Of a stretch of 64,000 nucleotides of DNA, positions 55,146 through 64,000 are shown piece by piece. Made by a program: the position numbers and the translations under genes. Numbering within the stretch: position 1 is the stretch's first letter; each line of letters starts with the position of its first letter. Source of the stretch: Polyangiaceae bacterium (lineage in GTDB: Bacteria > Myxococcota_A > Polyangia > Polyangiales > Polyangiaceae). The notes under the pieces were generated by a model. It did not search any database and was not told where the DNA came from. It saw only the letters and a program-made list of their open reading frames with translations. Location of the stretch: assembly GCA_035281385.1 (NCBI GenBank), contig DATEDZ010000021.1, positions 2,047 to 66,046 on the forward strand, given 5' to 3'.

Positions 55146-56219
55146 TCACTTGTCGCCAAAGGTCGGCATCGCCGGCAGCTCGAAGGGGAACTCGGCTTCG
55201 GCCACTTCGGTCTGGTTCTTCCCAGCCCAGACTCCATTGGCGACGAGCTTGTACCGGCCCGCCACCGGAGCCGGGATGATGAACCGTACCCAAAGCTCTG
55301 GGCTCGTCGCCCCCGGGCCGTCGAACAATTCGTTGATGTAGTTGACGGCCACGATACTCGTGCCATCGGGTAGCTCGAGGCTCAAGTCCTCGTCTCCCAG
55401 GAGCACGCCTCCACCAAAGCCGTTTCCGCTGTAGGTAGCGCTGAAGTCTAAGCGCAACGCCACTTCGTCGACCGCGAGGCTTTCATGCTCCCAGTAGGCA
55501 TCCGCTGCGACGAACGCTCCTTGGAAGTCGAATGCGAGCGTTCCGGCTTGCATCTGACCTGAGAGCGGCAACGCTTGTGGTTCTAGCGTGACAAGCGGAG
55601 CTTCGGCGCTGGGCAGTAGCGGCACCTGGGCTTGGTGGCGGTTGGGGGCGCCGAAGGTCAGGAATGCCTCGTCGAGGACGAACTGGCGATCGAGCGCAAA
55701 GCTGAAGATGCCGTTCCCTTTGCGCGATCCCGGGACCAGGGGCAGCTCGCTATTGCTAGCGTTCACTTCATAGTCGCGCCCCTCCGATCTTAGCAGTACT
55801 AGCGCCGGAAACGCTTCAGTCGCGCTGACTCGATTCTCGAGCGTGGCATCGATGGTGAGGCTGCCAAGCGAGCACGACGGCGTCGCGGCCACATAGGCGG
55901 CGGAGCCAAGACTTGCTTTGAAGCCAGTTTGCCAAATGGTCTGGTTCAGCTCAATCATCTCGACGGGCCGGTCGTCGCAGCTCACCGCGGTGCCGCCCGC
56001 TTCGCCTCCCGGCTCGGCCGCCACGTCAACGGGCGCCGAATCGTCGAAGCTCGCTTCGCCGCCAGTACCGCCCTCGTTGCCCGCGAGCCCACGACCCGAA
56101 CCGCCACCGCAAGCCAGCGTGCAGGATGCCGCGAGCAGGAATGCGCCCAGGCGCGGGGTCGCCAGCGTCGTGAGGCGAGAGGATCGAGCCAAGATGTTGT
56201 GAAGAGAGAGCGTCGTCAT
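55146..56219 (-). CDS. Beta-rich lipoprotein
   Basis: Lipobox TLAC + Gly-rich linker; divergent from the RHS gene. Confidence 0.7.
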   Translation of the reverse strand: MTTLSLHNILARSSRLTTLATPRLGAFLLAASCTLACGGGSGRGLAGNEGGTGGEASFDDSAPVDVAAEPGGEAGGTAVSCDDRPVEMIELNQTIWQTGFKASLGSAAYVAATPSCSLGSLTIDATLENRVSATEAFPALVLLRSEGRDYEVNASNSELPLVPGSRKGNGIFSFALDRQFVLDEAFLTFGAPNRHQAQVPLLPSAEAPLVTLEPQALPLSGQMQAGTLAFDFQGAFVAADAYWEHESLAVDEVALRLDFSATYSGNGFGGGVLLGDEDLSLELPDGTSIVAVNYINELFDGPGATSPELWVRFIIPAPVAGRYKLVANGVWAGKNQTEVAEAEFPFELPAMPTFGDK

Positions 56220-56422
56220 TGAAACCCACTGGTGAAGGGCGGCACTCATCGCCGCTGAAGGGGTGTCGGGGCCAGGTCCCGAGCCGGTTCCTGAAAAGCG
56301 CGTCCCCCCGGTCGATTTTCGAGGCGAGGGGGCGAGCGCCACTTTTCCGGAAACGACCGCCTCGCTCGGCCCGACTCCGCTCCAAAGCCCTCATTTCGGG
56401 GCGGGAACCGACGAGCGAGACG

Positions 56423-59400
56423 ATGCAAAAGCGACGACTGACTCAGACGTGCACCACGGCCCTCACTGGGCTTCTCCTGATCACCGCCTGCGGGGGCGAC
56501 CCGTCGGCCAAGAAGCCGGCAGCCGCCGACTCGGTCGAAGCCGACTGCGCGGATGGGGCCGACAACGACGGTGACGGCGTCACCGATTGCGATGACCTCG
56601 ACTGCCGCGCGACCAGCAAGAGTTGCGAGCTCGCGCCCCAGCTCGACCGCACGGTGCCGACCACGGTTTGGGAAGCGGCGCAGTTCCTCTTCAGCGGTAA
56701 GGACCCGATCCAGAAAGAGACGAGCGCGAAGGCCTTCTCGAAAAAGCGGATCGCCATCCTGCGCGGTAAGGTTGTCGACACGGCGGGTGAGCCACTTGCC
56801 GGTGTACGCGTCGCCATCGCACGACACGACGAGTGGGGCTACACGGTCACGCGCCCTGACGGCGTGTTCGACCTGGCAGTCGAGGGCGGCTCGCAACTCT
56901 TGGTTCAGTTCTCGCGCGATGGCTTCCTTACTGCCGAACGCGGGCTTCAAGCCGCGTGGCGTAGTTACGAGTCGGTGCCTGAGCTGGGCTTGGTCGAGGC
57001 TGGGAAAGCCGTCACCAAGATCGCGGGCGAGGCAGACCGCGAGCAAGTCGCGGTGGGCGATGCCGTGGAGGATGCGCTCGGGCGCCGGCAACCTGTCGTC
57101 GTATTCGTGAGTAACACCACCGCTACTGCCACGCTGCCCGACGGCACCGAAGAGCAGCTCGCCCGGTTCAACGTGCGCCTCGCCGAGTACCCGTTCGAGC
57201 CTCCGACGACCGACGCGCTCGATGAGCCAGCCCGCTTCGCACCCGGCACCGCGCCCCGTCCGGCCAGCCTCAACTGGGGCATCGAAGCCACCATCGACGA
57301 AGCGGAGGAGCTCGGGGCAACTCGGGTCGACTTCTCGACCCCGGCTTCGATCTTGGTGGAGAACTTTCTTGGCCTACCGACGGGTAGTCCAATCCCGCTT
57401 GGCTACTACCAACGAGGAGAGGGCAACTGGCAGGGCGAAGCGCCAGGGCGGGTGATCGAGATCCTAGGCGTGACCGACGGCGAAGCTGATGTCGATGCCG
57501 ACGGTGACGGCGAAGCGGACGACGAGGACACCCTCCTCGACCTGCACGTTTATCACGGCGTGCGGCGCGAGCTCGCTCGGCGCTACGAGCCTGGAGCCAA
57601 GATCTGGCACCTGCCCGTTTGGCACTTCTCGCCGCACTCGGCTGATATCGCAACCGTGCCACCACCCGGTGCTGTGGCTCCTACTACGGGCGGTGCCATG
57701 GCTCGCCCGCTCGATGAACCGACCCGCCACGGATCACTCCTCGTCGAACGAGGGGCTCTGGGTGAAGCATTCTCGCTTGGTCTCGCTGGGACGCCCTACT
57801 CGCTTCGCTACCAATCGGATCGCGGCATCGAGTACCGAAATGGCTTTCGCATTGAGTTCCCGGCCATCGGTGACGAGGTCCCCGAGGGCCTCAAGCGCGT
57901 CAGCGTGCGAGTGAACATCGCAGGCCAAACGCTGCGCCAAACGCTCGACCCTAAGGCTAACGTCAAGGCCGAGCTCGACTGGAACGGCAAGGACGCCTTT
58001 GGCCGCACCGTCCAGGGACAACAGCGCGCGCGCGTCACCCTCAGCTACATCTACGATGGCGAGCTGCGTCCCGCCGCAACCTTTGGTGCGACCTCGCGTC
58101 TCAGCGTGACCAGCGAAGCCGTCGACGATGGCACACTCACGCTCGAAGCAGCGCTGACGAAGCGCTTCAACATGACTGTCGGCACCTTCGATGCTTCGGG
58201 CTACCAGCTCGGTGGCCTCGGGCTAGATGTGCTGCATGCGTTCGACCCGGGTACCGGAAAGATCTACTTCGGTAGCGGCGACGAGCGATCCGCCGAGAAT
58301 GTAGCGTTGGTCACCACGCGCCCTGCCGGCGACGCTGTGCTCGGCACGCCCGACGGGGTCTTTGCTGCGCCCGATGGCAGCGTCATCATCTCTCAGGACG
58401 ACGAACAGCAGGGCGACCTGGGCCGCTTGCTTCAGCTTACGCCCGACGGCGAGGTCTTCGCGCTCGCTGGGGAGGGCGCCCTGGGCGACGCCGCCGACCT
58501 GGTTCTCGGGTCGCCACAGGGCATCGCCATGAAGAGCGACGGCAGCGTGATCGTCGCCGATTTCGTGCTCGACGCCATTCGCGAGATCGCCCCCGACGGC
58601 TCATTCCGCACGCTGGTAGGTGCTTCCGACGACCTGTTCGGTGATGCAGAAATTGTGGAGCGACTCTCCGCGCTTGACGGCATCGCCCTCGGCTTGCGTG
58701 AAGAGCTGTACATCATCAACGGGCATGACGTGCTGAAGCTCGAGGGCGGCATCCTCGAACGCTTCGCTGGTACCGGTGAAGCCCCGAATGACGACGATGT
58801 GCTCGAAGGCGACGGCGCCCCTGCGCTCACCGTCCCCCTCAATGTGCCGAGCGGTGTGGCGGTCGCGGCCGATGGCAGTGTCTTCATTAGCGAGCGTGAT
58901 GGATCGCGCGTCCGCGTCGTCACGCCGGATGGGCTCATGCGTACGGTCGCTGGCACCGGCGTCCCCGGTTTCTCGGGTGACGGCCAGCGTGCCGTCGCGG
59001 CCCAGCTCTCCGATCCGCGCGGCCTGGCCATCGGCAAAGATGGGTCTATCTACATTGCCGACCAACTCAACGACCGCATCCGTCGCGTCACCCCCGATGG
59101 CTTCATTCAAACGGTGGTGGGGGGCGGCGACCAGGACTTGCGGGAAGGCCAGCTGCCGACGCAAATCAAGCTCGACAAGCCCGATGGTATCTCGCTCGAC
59201 AGCGACGGTGCCCTCTACATCGCGACGGGCAGCACGGTCTACAAGGTCGCGCCGGGTCTCGCTGAGATCCAGGAGACCAACGACAGCCTGATCCCCTCCG
59301 AAGACGGCCACACGCTCTATCGCTTCGACTCACGTGGGAAGCACAGGGAGACCATCAACGCTGTCACGGGCATCACCGAGCTCGAGTTTGGTTACGACGC

Positions 59401-62400
59401 CGACTCCGGCTTGCTCACTAGCGTCAAAGACAAAAACGGCCTCACCACCAAGATCGAACGCGACGATGACGGCGTGCCCGGCACCTTCGTCGGCCCCTTC
59501 GGCCAGCGCACCAACCTCGACCTCTTCGAAGGTCGCCTCAAAAGCATCACCGACCCTCTCGATCGAACTGTACACCTCGAGTACAACGACGCTGGCTTGC
59601 TCTCGAAGATCGTCTCGCCAATGGGCGCTGAACGGGTCTTCCAGTACTCCAAAGATGGCCTCGGCATCCTGACACGGGTCGAAGACAACAACCGCGAGAA
59701 ACGCGGCAATGAGCCTAGCAACTACTTCGAGGACATCGTCCGTAGTGTCCTCGGTACCGGTAACGACCTCAACATCAACGTCAAGGTCCAGCAAGCGGGC
59801 GGCACGGAGCTCAAGTTCGCGACCACCAGCACCAGCGAAGAAATCCGTCGCAGGCTGGAGGCCGCCGACGGTTCGGTCACCGAGAGCACCGACGGCCGGC
59901 TGACCTTGCCCGAGGTCTTTGCCGACGGCACGCGGAGCGTCAGCACCTTTGCTACCGACTCGGGTTTCGGTTCGCAGGTCCTGCTGCCTGTGTCGAGCGT
60001 GGTGACGCTCCCCTCCGGCCGCGTTCACCAAGTCACCACGAACGAACGCAAGACGCTCAGCGACGCGACCAACTTGCTGAGCGCCACGCGCTGGGAGACC
60101 ACGGTCGAGGTCAATGGGCGGACTGCCAAGACTACCTTCGATCGCAAGGACCGCTCGGTTCAGAGCACCACGCCGCTTGGCCGCGCCAGCACCACCGTGC
60201 TCGACGAGCTCGGCCGCACGATAGAGCAGGAGGCCCCCGGCCTTGGCACCGTCAGTTTCAAATACGACGACTTCGGCCGCATCGCGCGCGTCAGCCGCAC
60301 CGCCGGGAAAGAAACCCGCACGCAAGCGTATACCTACGACGACAGCGACGGCTTCATGCGCACTGTTACCGACGCGCTCGACCAGACCACCCAACTCGAG
60401 CCCGATCTCGTCGGCCGCTTGCTCGGCGTGGTTGACCCCAGCGGCGCCCGCTTCGAGCAGACGTTCGACGACGACAACCGCCTGAGCCTGGTCAGCATAC
60501 CTGGCAAGAAGCAGCACTTCTTCGACTACGACGGCACCTCGAGCCTACTCAAGCTATCGACCCCGCCCAGCGTCGAAGGCCCGAGCCCGACCGACCTGCC
60601 AATCGGTAACGCTCGCTATTCGTACAACGAGCGCTATCAACCGACGCTCGTCGAACGCGCCGACGGCACCACCCTCGCGTACGAGTACGACTTCGCCCAG
60701 CGGCTGAAAACACTCACCACGTCCGGCATCGCCCTCAATTACGAGTACGACAACGCCGGCCGCGTCAGCACCGTCCACCGCAACGACGGCCCCAGTGTGG
60801 CGATGGAGTTCGATGGTCCGCTCCCCACCCTCCTGCAGTGGACGGGCCCCGTCGAAGGCAAAGTCACGGCCAGCTACGACGACGACCTCCGTCTCTCGCA
60901 GCTCACGGTCAACGACCAAAGCACCGTTTCGTTCGGGTACGACGACGATGGCGCCGTCGTGAGCGCCACCGGCAACCAGCAAACCCTCGCGCTCACCCGC
61001 GACCCTGCCACCGGCTTCGTCACCGGCACCGCGCTGGGCTCCGTCTCAACGACCCAGTCGCACGACGGCTTCGGCGACCTCAGCGCCCTCGAAGCGACCT
61101 TCCAAAACAAAGTCAACTTCAGCCAGACCCTTGAACGCGACGCCCTCGGTCGCATCATCCAACTCGACGAAACCATCGGCACGACCCAGAGCACAACGCT
61201 GTATACCTACGACGCCGCAGGGCGCCTGGAGACGGTAACGCGCGGCGACGACGTCACCACATACGAGTACGACGAGAACGGCAACCGCCTGAGCGTCTCG
61301 CTCAACGGCACCCAGGCCGTGGCCGCGGAGTACGACGCGCAAGATCGCATCGTCAGCCACGGGGACGTGACTTTCGAGCAGACCGCCTACGGCGAGCTGC
61401 TGCGTCGCAGCGGTCCTGACGGCGCGCTCGAGCTCGCGTATGACGGCTTGGGCAACCTGCTGACGGCGAACGTCACTTCAGCCGCAAGCACCAAGCAGAT
61501 CGACTACACGATGGACGGCATGGGGCGGCGTGTCGGTAAGCAAGTTGCCGGCAGGTTCAGCCGCGCCTGGCTTTACCGCGACCAACTGCGCCCGGTCGCC
61601 GAGATTACCGACGCCGGCGTCTTCTCGCACTTCGTCTACGCGAGCACGTCACCCGGCGCCCCGGACTTCATGCTCCGGGCGGGCGTGCCGTTCCGCTTCG
61701 TGAAGGATCACCTCGGATCGGTACGCCTCGTTGTCAACGCGACGACCGGCGTCGTTGCGCAGCGGCTCGACTATGATGAGTTCGGCAACGTAACGCAGGA
61801 TTCGGCGCCGGGGTTTCAGCCGTTTGGTTTCGCGGGCGGGCTCTACGACGCCGACACGGCACTCGTGCGCTTCGGTGCGCGGGACTACGACGCGAGAGTC
61901 GGGCGTTGGCTGGCTAAGGACCCGATCGGGTTCGAAGGTGGTCAGGGGAACCTATACGTGTACGTGGGCAATGACCCACTCAACAACACCGATCCGTCCG
62001 GCCTGATTAGTCATCCTTTCCGCGATTGGCGCGTGAACTGCCCCGGGTGGCTCGCGTGGGCTTGCGGCGAAGAGCCAGCGGTGATTGGAGATGTGCGGCG
62101 TCATGCGTCGGACTTCTCGGACGGGGTCGGAAGCTACGGTGTCGGTCTAGGCATGGGAGCTGCACACCTAGCGGCCAAGACCGGCGCCCTCGGCTCAGAT
62201 GCCGAGAAGCATGCCCGCGAGGTGGATGCCGTCATCTCTGTCGGGAAGGAGCTTGCCAAGCGCTACCCTGCGCAGGCTGCCCGGGCAGCATGGCAGGGAT
62301 TTAAGGCGCGGCCAGGCTACGCGTTCGGCCGCCTTGCGACTGGATTCGTTATCTCGAGCTACGCGACCCCCTACGTGGGTATGCCCCTGTCCGGCCTGGC

Positions 62401-62482
62401 GGGGTATGGGAGCGTCGTCGGCATCGCACAACGCGGCGCACTGGGCCTCAACTTCTACCGCGGGCTGATCATCGGCACATGA
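56423..62482 (+). CDS. Teneurin-like RHS/YD-repeat toxin lipoprotein
   Basis: Lipobox LITAC; CADGADNDGDGVTDCDDLDC; carboxypeptidase-like domain; NHL repeats; YD repeats; core DHLGSVR...GARDYD...DPSGL; variable C-terminus. Confidence 0.92.
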   Translation: MQKRRLTQTCTTALTGLLLITACGGDPSAKKPAAADSVEADCADGADNDGDGVTDCDDLDCRATSKSCELAPQLDRTVPTTVWEAAQFLFSGKDPIQKETSAKAFSKKRIAILRGKVVDTAGEPLAGVRVAIARHDEWGYTVTRPDGVFDLAVEGGSQLLVQFSRDGFLTAERGLQAAWRSYESVPELGLVEAGKAVTKIAGEADREQVAVGDAVEDALGRRQPVVVFVSNTTATATLPDGTEEQLARFNVRLAEYPFEPPTTDALDEPARFAPGTAPRPASLNWGIEATIDEAEELGATRVDFSTPASILVENFLGLPTGSPIPLGYYQRGEGNWQGEAPGRVIEILGVTDGEADVDADGDGEADDEDTLLDLHVYHGVRRELARRYEPGAKIWHLPVWHFSPHSADIATVPPPGAVAPTTGGAMARPLDEPTRHGSLLVERGALGEAFSLGLAGTPYSLRYQSDRGIEYRNGFRIEFPAIGDEVPEGLKRVSVRVNIAGQTLRQTLDPKANVKAELDWNGKDAFGRTVQGQQRARVTLSYIYDGELRPAATFGATSRLSVTSEAVDDGTLTLEAALTKRFNMTVGTFDASGYQLGGLGLDVLHAFDPGTGKIYFGSGDERSAENVALVTTRPAGDAVLGTPDGVFAAPDGSVIISQDDEQQGDLGRLLQLTPDGEVFALAGEGALGDAADLVLGSPQGIAMKSDGSVIVADFVLDAIREIAPDGSFRTLVGASDDLFGDAEIVERLSALDGIALGLREELYIINGHDVLKLEGGILERFAGTGEAPNDDDVLEGDGAPALTVPLNVPSGVAVAADGSVFISERDGSRVRVVTPDGLMRTVAGTGVPGFSGDGQRAVAAQLSDPRGLAIGKDGSIYIADQLNDRIRRVTPDGFIQTVVGGGDQDLREGQLPTQIKLDKPDGISLDSDGALYIATGSTVYKVAPGLAEIQETNDSLIPSEDGHTLYRFDSRGKHRETINAVTGITELEFGYDADSGLLTSVKDKNGLTTKIERDDDGVPGTFVGPFGQRTNLDLFEGRLKSITDPLDRTVHLEYNDAGLLSKIVSPMGAERVFQYSKDGLGILTRVEDNNREKRGNEPSNYFEDIVRSVLGTGNDLNINVKVQQAGGTELKFATTSTSEEIRRRLEAADGSVTESTDGRLTLPEVFADGTRSVSTFATDSGFGSQVLLPVSSVVTLPSGRVHQVTTNERKTLSDATNLLSATRWETTVEVNGRTAKTTFDRKDRSVQSTTPLGRASTTVLDELGRTIEQEAPGLGTVSFKYDDFGRIARVSRTAGKETRTQAYTYDDSDGFMRTVTDALDQTTQLEPDLVGRLLGVVDPSGARFEQTFDDDNRLSLVSIPGKKQHFFDYDGTSSLLKLSTPPSVEGPSPTDLPIGNARYSYNERYQPTLVERADGTTLAYEYDFAQRLKTLTTSGIALNYEYDNAGRVSTVHRNDGPSVAMEFDGPLPTLLQWTGPVEGKVTASYDDDLRLSQLTVNDQSTVSFGYDDDGAVVSATGNQQTLALTRDPATGFVTGTALGSVSTTQSHDGFGDLSALEATFQNKVNFSQTLERDALGRIIQLDETIGTTQSTTLYTYDAAGRLETVTRGDDVTTYEYDENGNRLSVSLNGTQAVAAEYDAQDRIVSHGDVTFEQTAYGELLRRSGPDGALELAYDGLGNLLTANVTSAASTKQIDYTMDGMGRRVGKQVAGRFSRAWLYRDQLRPVAEITDAGVFSHFVYASTSPGAPDFMLRAGVPFRFVKDHLGSVRLVVNATTGVVAQRLDYDEFGNVTQDSAPGFQPFGFAGGLYDADTALVRFGARDYDARVGRWLAKDPIGFEGGQGNLYVYVGNDPLNNTDPSGLISHPFRDWRVNCPGWLAWACGEEPAVIGDVRRHASDFSDGVGSYGVGLGMGAAHLAAKTGALGSDAEKHAREVDAVISVGKELAKRYPAQAARAAWQGFKARPGYAFGRLATGFVISSYATPYVGMPLSGLAGYGSVVGIAQRGALGLNFYRGLIIGT

Positions 62483-62919
62483 CCACTGGAAAACACGGAC
62501 GACTGATCGACAAGACCGCCGGGCTTCTCCACGACCTTCTCGTCGCCGGCGCATTCCTCTGGTTGTGTTTGTCACCAACCCAACCAGTGAGGTGGCTGGT
62601 CTACGTATTGATAACCTGTAGCGCTCTCCTCATATTTCGTAGCCGGTTCGCCGAACGCACGCTCGTGCATCGGCATCCCTGGATGATGGGGCTCCTGATC
62701 ATGGTCGATCTCGTCGGTCTGGTCGTTGTCTTCGCGATGGCAATGGACCACCAGGTACTCCTCATCGTGGCTGTGATGATTTGGATCTCGGTCCGTGCGT
62801 TGCTGATTCCAACCCCGGCCCCGCCGAGGCCTCTGGGACCACTGCCGGACCGGATGCTCCTCGAGCCGAGCGAAGAGGATCGGACGTCAGGCTCCACGGG
62901 ACACGAGAAGCGCCCGTGA
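62479..62919 (+). CDS. 4-TM candidate immunity protein
   Basis: ATGA-coupled to the RHS stop; four hydrophobic segments. Confidence 0.65.
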   Translation: MTTGKHGRLIDKTAGLLHDLLVAGAFLWLCLSPTQPVRWLVYVLITCSALLIFRSRFAERTLVHRHPWMMGLLIMVDLVGLVVVFAMAMDHQVLLIVAVMIWISVRALLIPTPAPPRPLGPLPDRMLLEPSEEDRTSGSTGHEKRP

Positions 62920-62956
62920 TACCTCTGAGAGGTTCCCCTAGCCGTGGACAACACCG

Positions 62957-63592
62957 ATGATCAAGCGTGAAGGTGAGGAGCGGGTGCAGATGATCGTCGA
63001 TTGGGCGAAGTTCGACTTCTCCGTGGTCGCGCTCGCCCTCATCGCCCGCGAGCAATATCTGTTGGGCCTGGTCACCTGGGTGCCCTGCATGGCTGCGGTT
63101 CTCGCTGTAGCGCGCAAGCTGACGATCACCAGGCCTGACGGAGCGGTACGGTTCAGCGTCACTCGGTTGTGGGAGCGCACGTGCGCGGCGAATACAATCG
63201 AGGTGGCGGAACCGAGCTTGCTGCACTGGCAGGGGGCGTTCTGTGGTGGCATCGAGCTGCTCGGCCGCGACACGAAGTTGGTCGCTAGGTCGCTGATGGT
63301 CGGAATGCCCAAGGTACCCGAGACGATGGGTGCGCGCAGAATCGGGCCACCGATGTGGCAGTGGAGTCTGCGGCACGCGCTGATGGGCATACTAAACATC
63401 GCGATATTGATCCTGAGCATCGTGCTGGTTCGCGACGCTCCCGGGTGGCTAGGCCTGTTGACGATCGCTGCCGCGTGTGGCTCGATCGTCTCGACCATCG
63501 TCGTTACCTTTCGAGGCGCCCCGTCGCTCAAGTGGCAGGCGAACCGCGTGTCGGCGGCTGGGCTCGGCGGCGCCCGCGTGATTGGGGAGTGA
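62957..63592 (+). CDS. Membrane protein (possible orphan immunity)
   Basis: Hydrophobic N- and C-terminal segments; downstream of the toxin-immunity pair. Confidence 0.5.
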   Translation: MIKREGEERVQMIVDWAKFDFSVVALALIAREQYLLGLVTWVPCMAAVLAVARKLTITRPDGAVRFSVTRLWERTCAANTIEVAEPSLLHWQGAFCGGIELLGRDTKLVARSLMVGMPKVPETMGARRIGPPMWQWSLRHALMGILNIAILILSIVLVRDAPGWLGLLTIAAACGSIVSTIVVTFRGAPSLKWQANRVSAAGLGGARVIGE

Positions 63593-63765
63593 AGGCCTTG
63601 ATCCCCCTTGCTGGCGCTCTTGCCGCTTGGTTCGCCGCCTTCGTGGTTTGGGCCGTGGTTCCTCCCGGTCCCCGCCTCAGCTGCCTGCGACTCCTACTCA
63701 TGGTCACGCTCATGGCTGGCGGCAACGGGCTGTTGCTCTGGGCCATTCTGCTGGCCTTTAAGTGA
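63589..63765 (+). CDS. Small 2-TM protein
   Basis: GTGA overlap with previous stop; RBS GGGGAG. Confidence 0.4.
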   Translation: MKALIPLAGALAAWFAAFVVWAVVPPGPRLSCLRLLLMVTLMAGGNGLLLWAILLAFK

Positions 63766-63901
63766 GCGCCACGGCGCCGCGCGGTCCTCACGAGTGAACT
63801 CGCGCCGTGCAGTTCCTGGGTGCTCAGGTTCGGTCGGATAACGAAAACCCAAGGCATGAAGCTGTGTTTCTCAGGAGTTCATTCCTGCCAAAGGAAATTC
63901 A

Positions 63902-63955
63902 CGGGACTACGACGCGAGTGGCGAACGTTGGATTGCCAAGAACGGATTGCGATTG
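63902..63955 (+). pseudogene. Orphan rhs core remnant
   Basis: 17-nt identity with 61880-61896; RDYDASGERWIAK vs RDYDARVGRWLAK. Confidence 0.7.
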
Positions 63956-64000
63956 TCCCTCCAAACCACGCCGACAAGCACCGCTCGAATCTCGGCTGCC

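Overview
High-GC window whose gene content (PEGA/TPR protein, AgmX/PglI-type domain, FHA-Tad cluster, CorE-like sigma factor) suggests a myxobacterium, probably Polyangiales; this is inferred, not verified. Four blocks: (1) 1-13.4 kb is metal/K+ homeostasis: a CorE-like ECF sigma factor, a CDF transporter, kup, kdpFABC-DE, and five copies of a TTTAC-N4-TCTTGAT box that look like KdpE sites. (2) From 15.1 to about 33 kb is an element integrated at a tRNA-Ser 3' end, with the att core inside the integrase ORF. Its rightward operon of about 20 genes encodes a candidate single-jelly-roll capsid protein with an acidic propeptide, a transglutaminase-like Cys protease, membrane and amphipathic proteins, a basic protein, a collagen spike, a GH73 lysin and a holin. 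I recognise no terminase, portal, tail, packaging ATPase or replicase, so it is best read as a tailless, probably membrane-containing provirus. This is the strongest candidate for an undescribed system. (3) 33-56 kb holds a Ser/Thr kinase, a FliA-like sigma factor and a complete FHA-rich, two-ATPase Tad/Flp pilus cluster (Kil-like) with two DNA-enzyme insertions. (4) 56.4-64 kb is a lipoprotein teneurin-like RHS/YD toxin with candidate immunity genes and an orphan rhs scar. All family calls come from motif recognition by eye; no searches were run.
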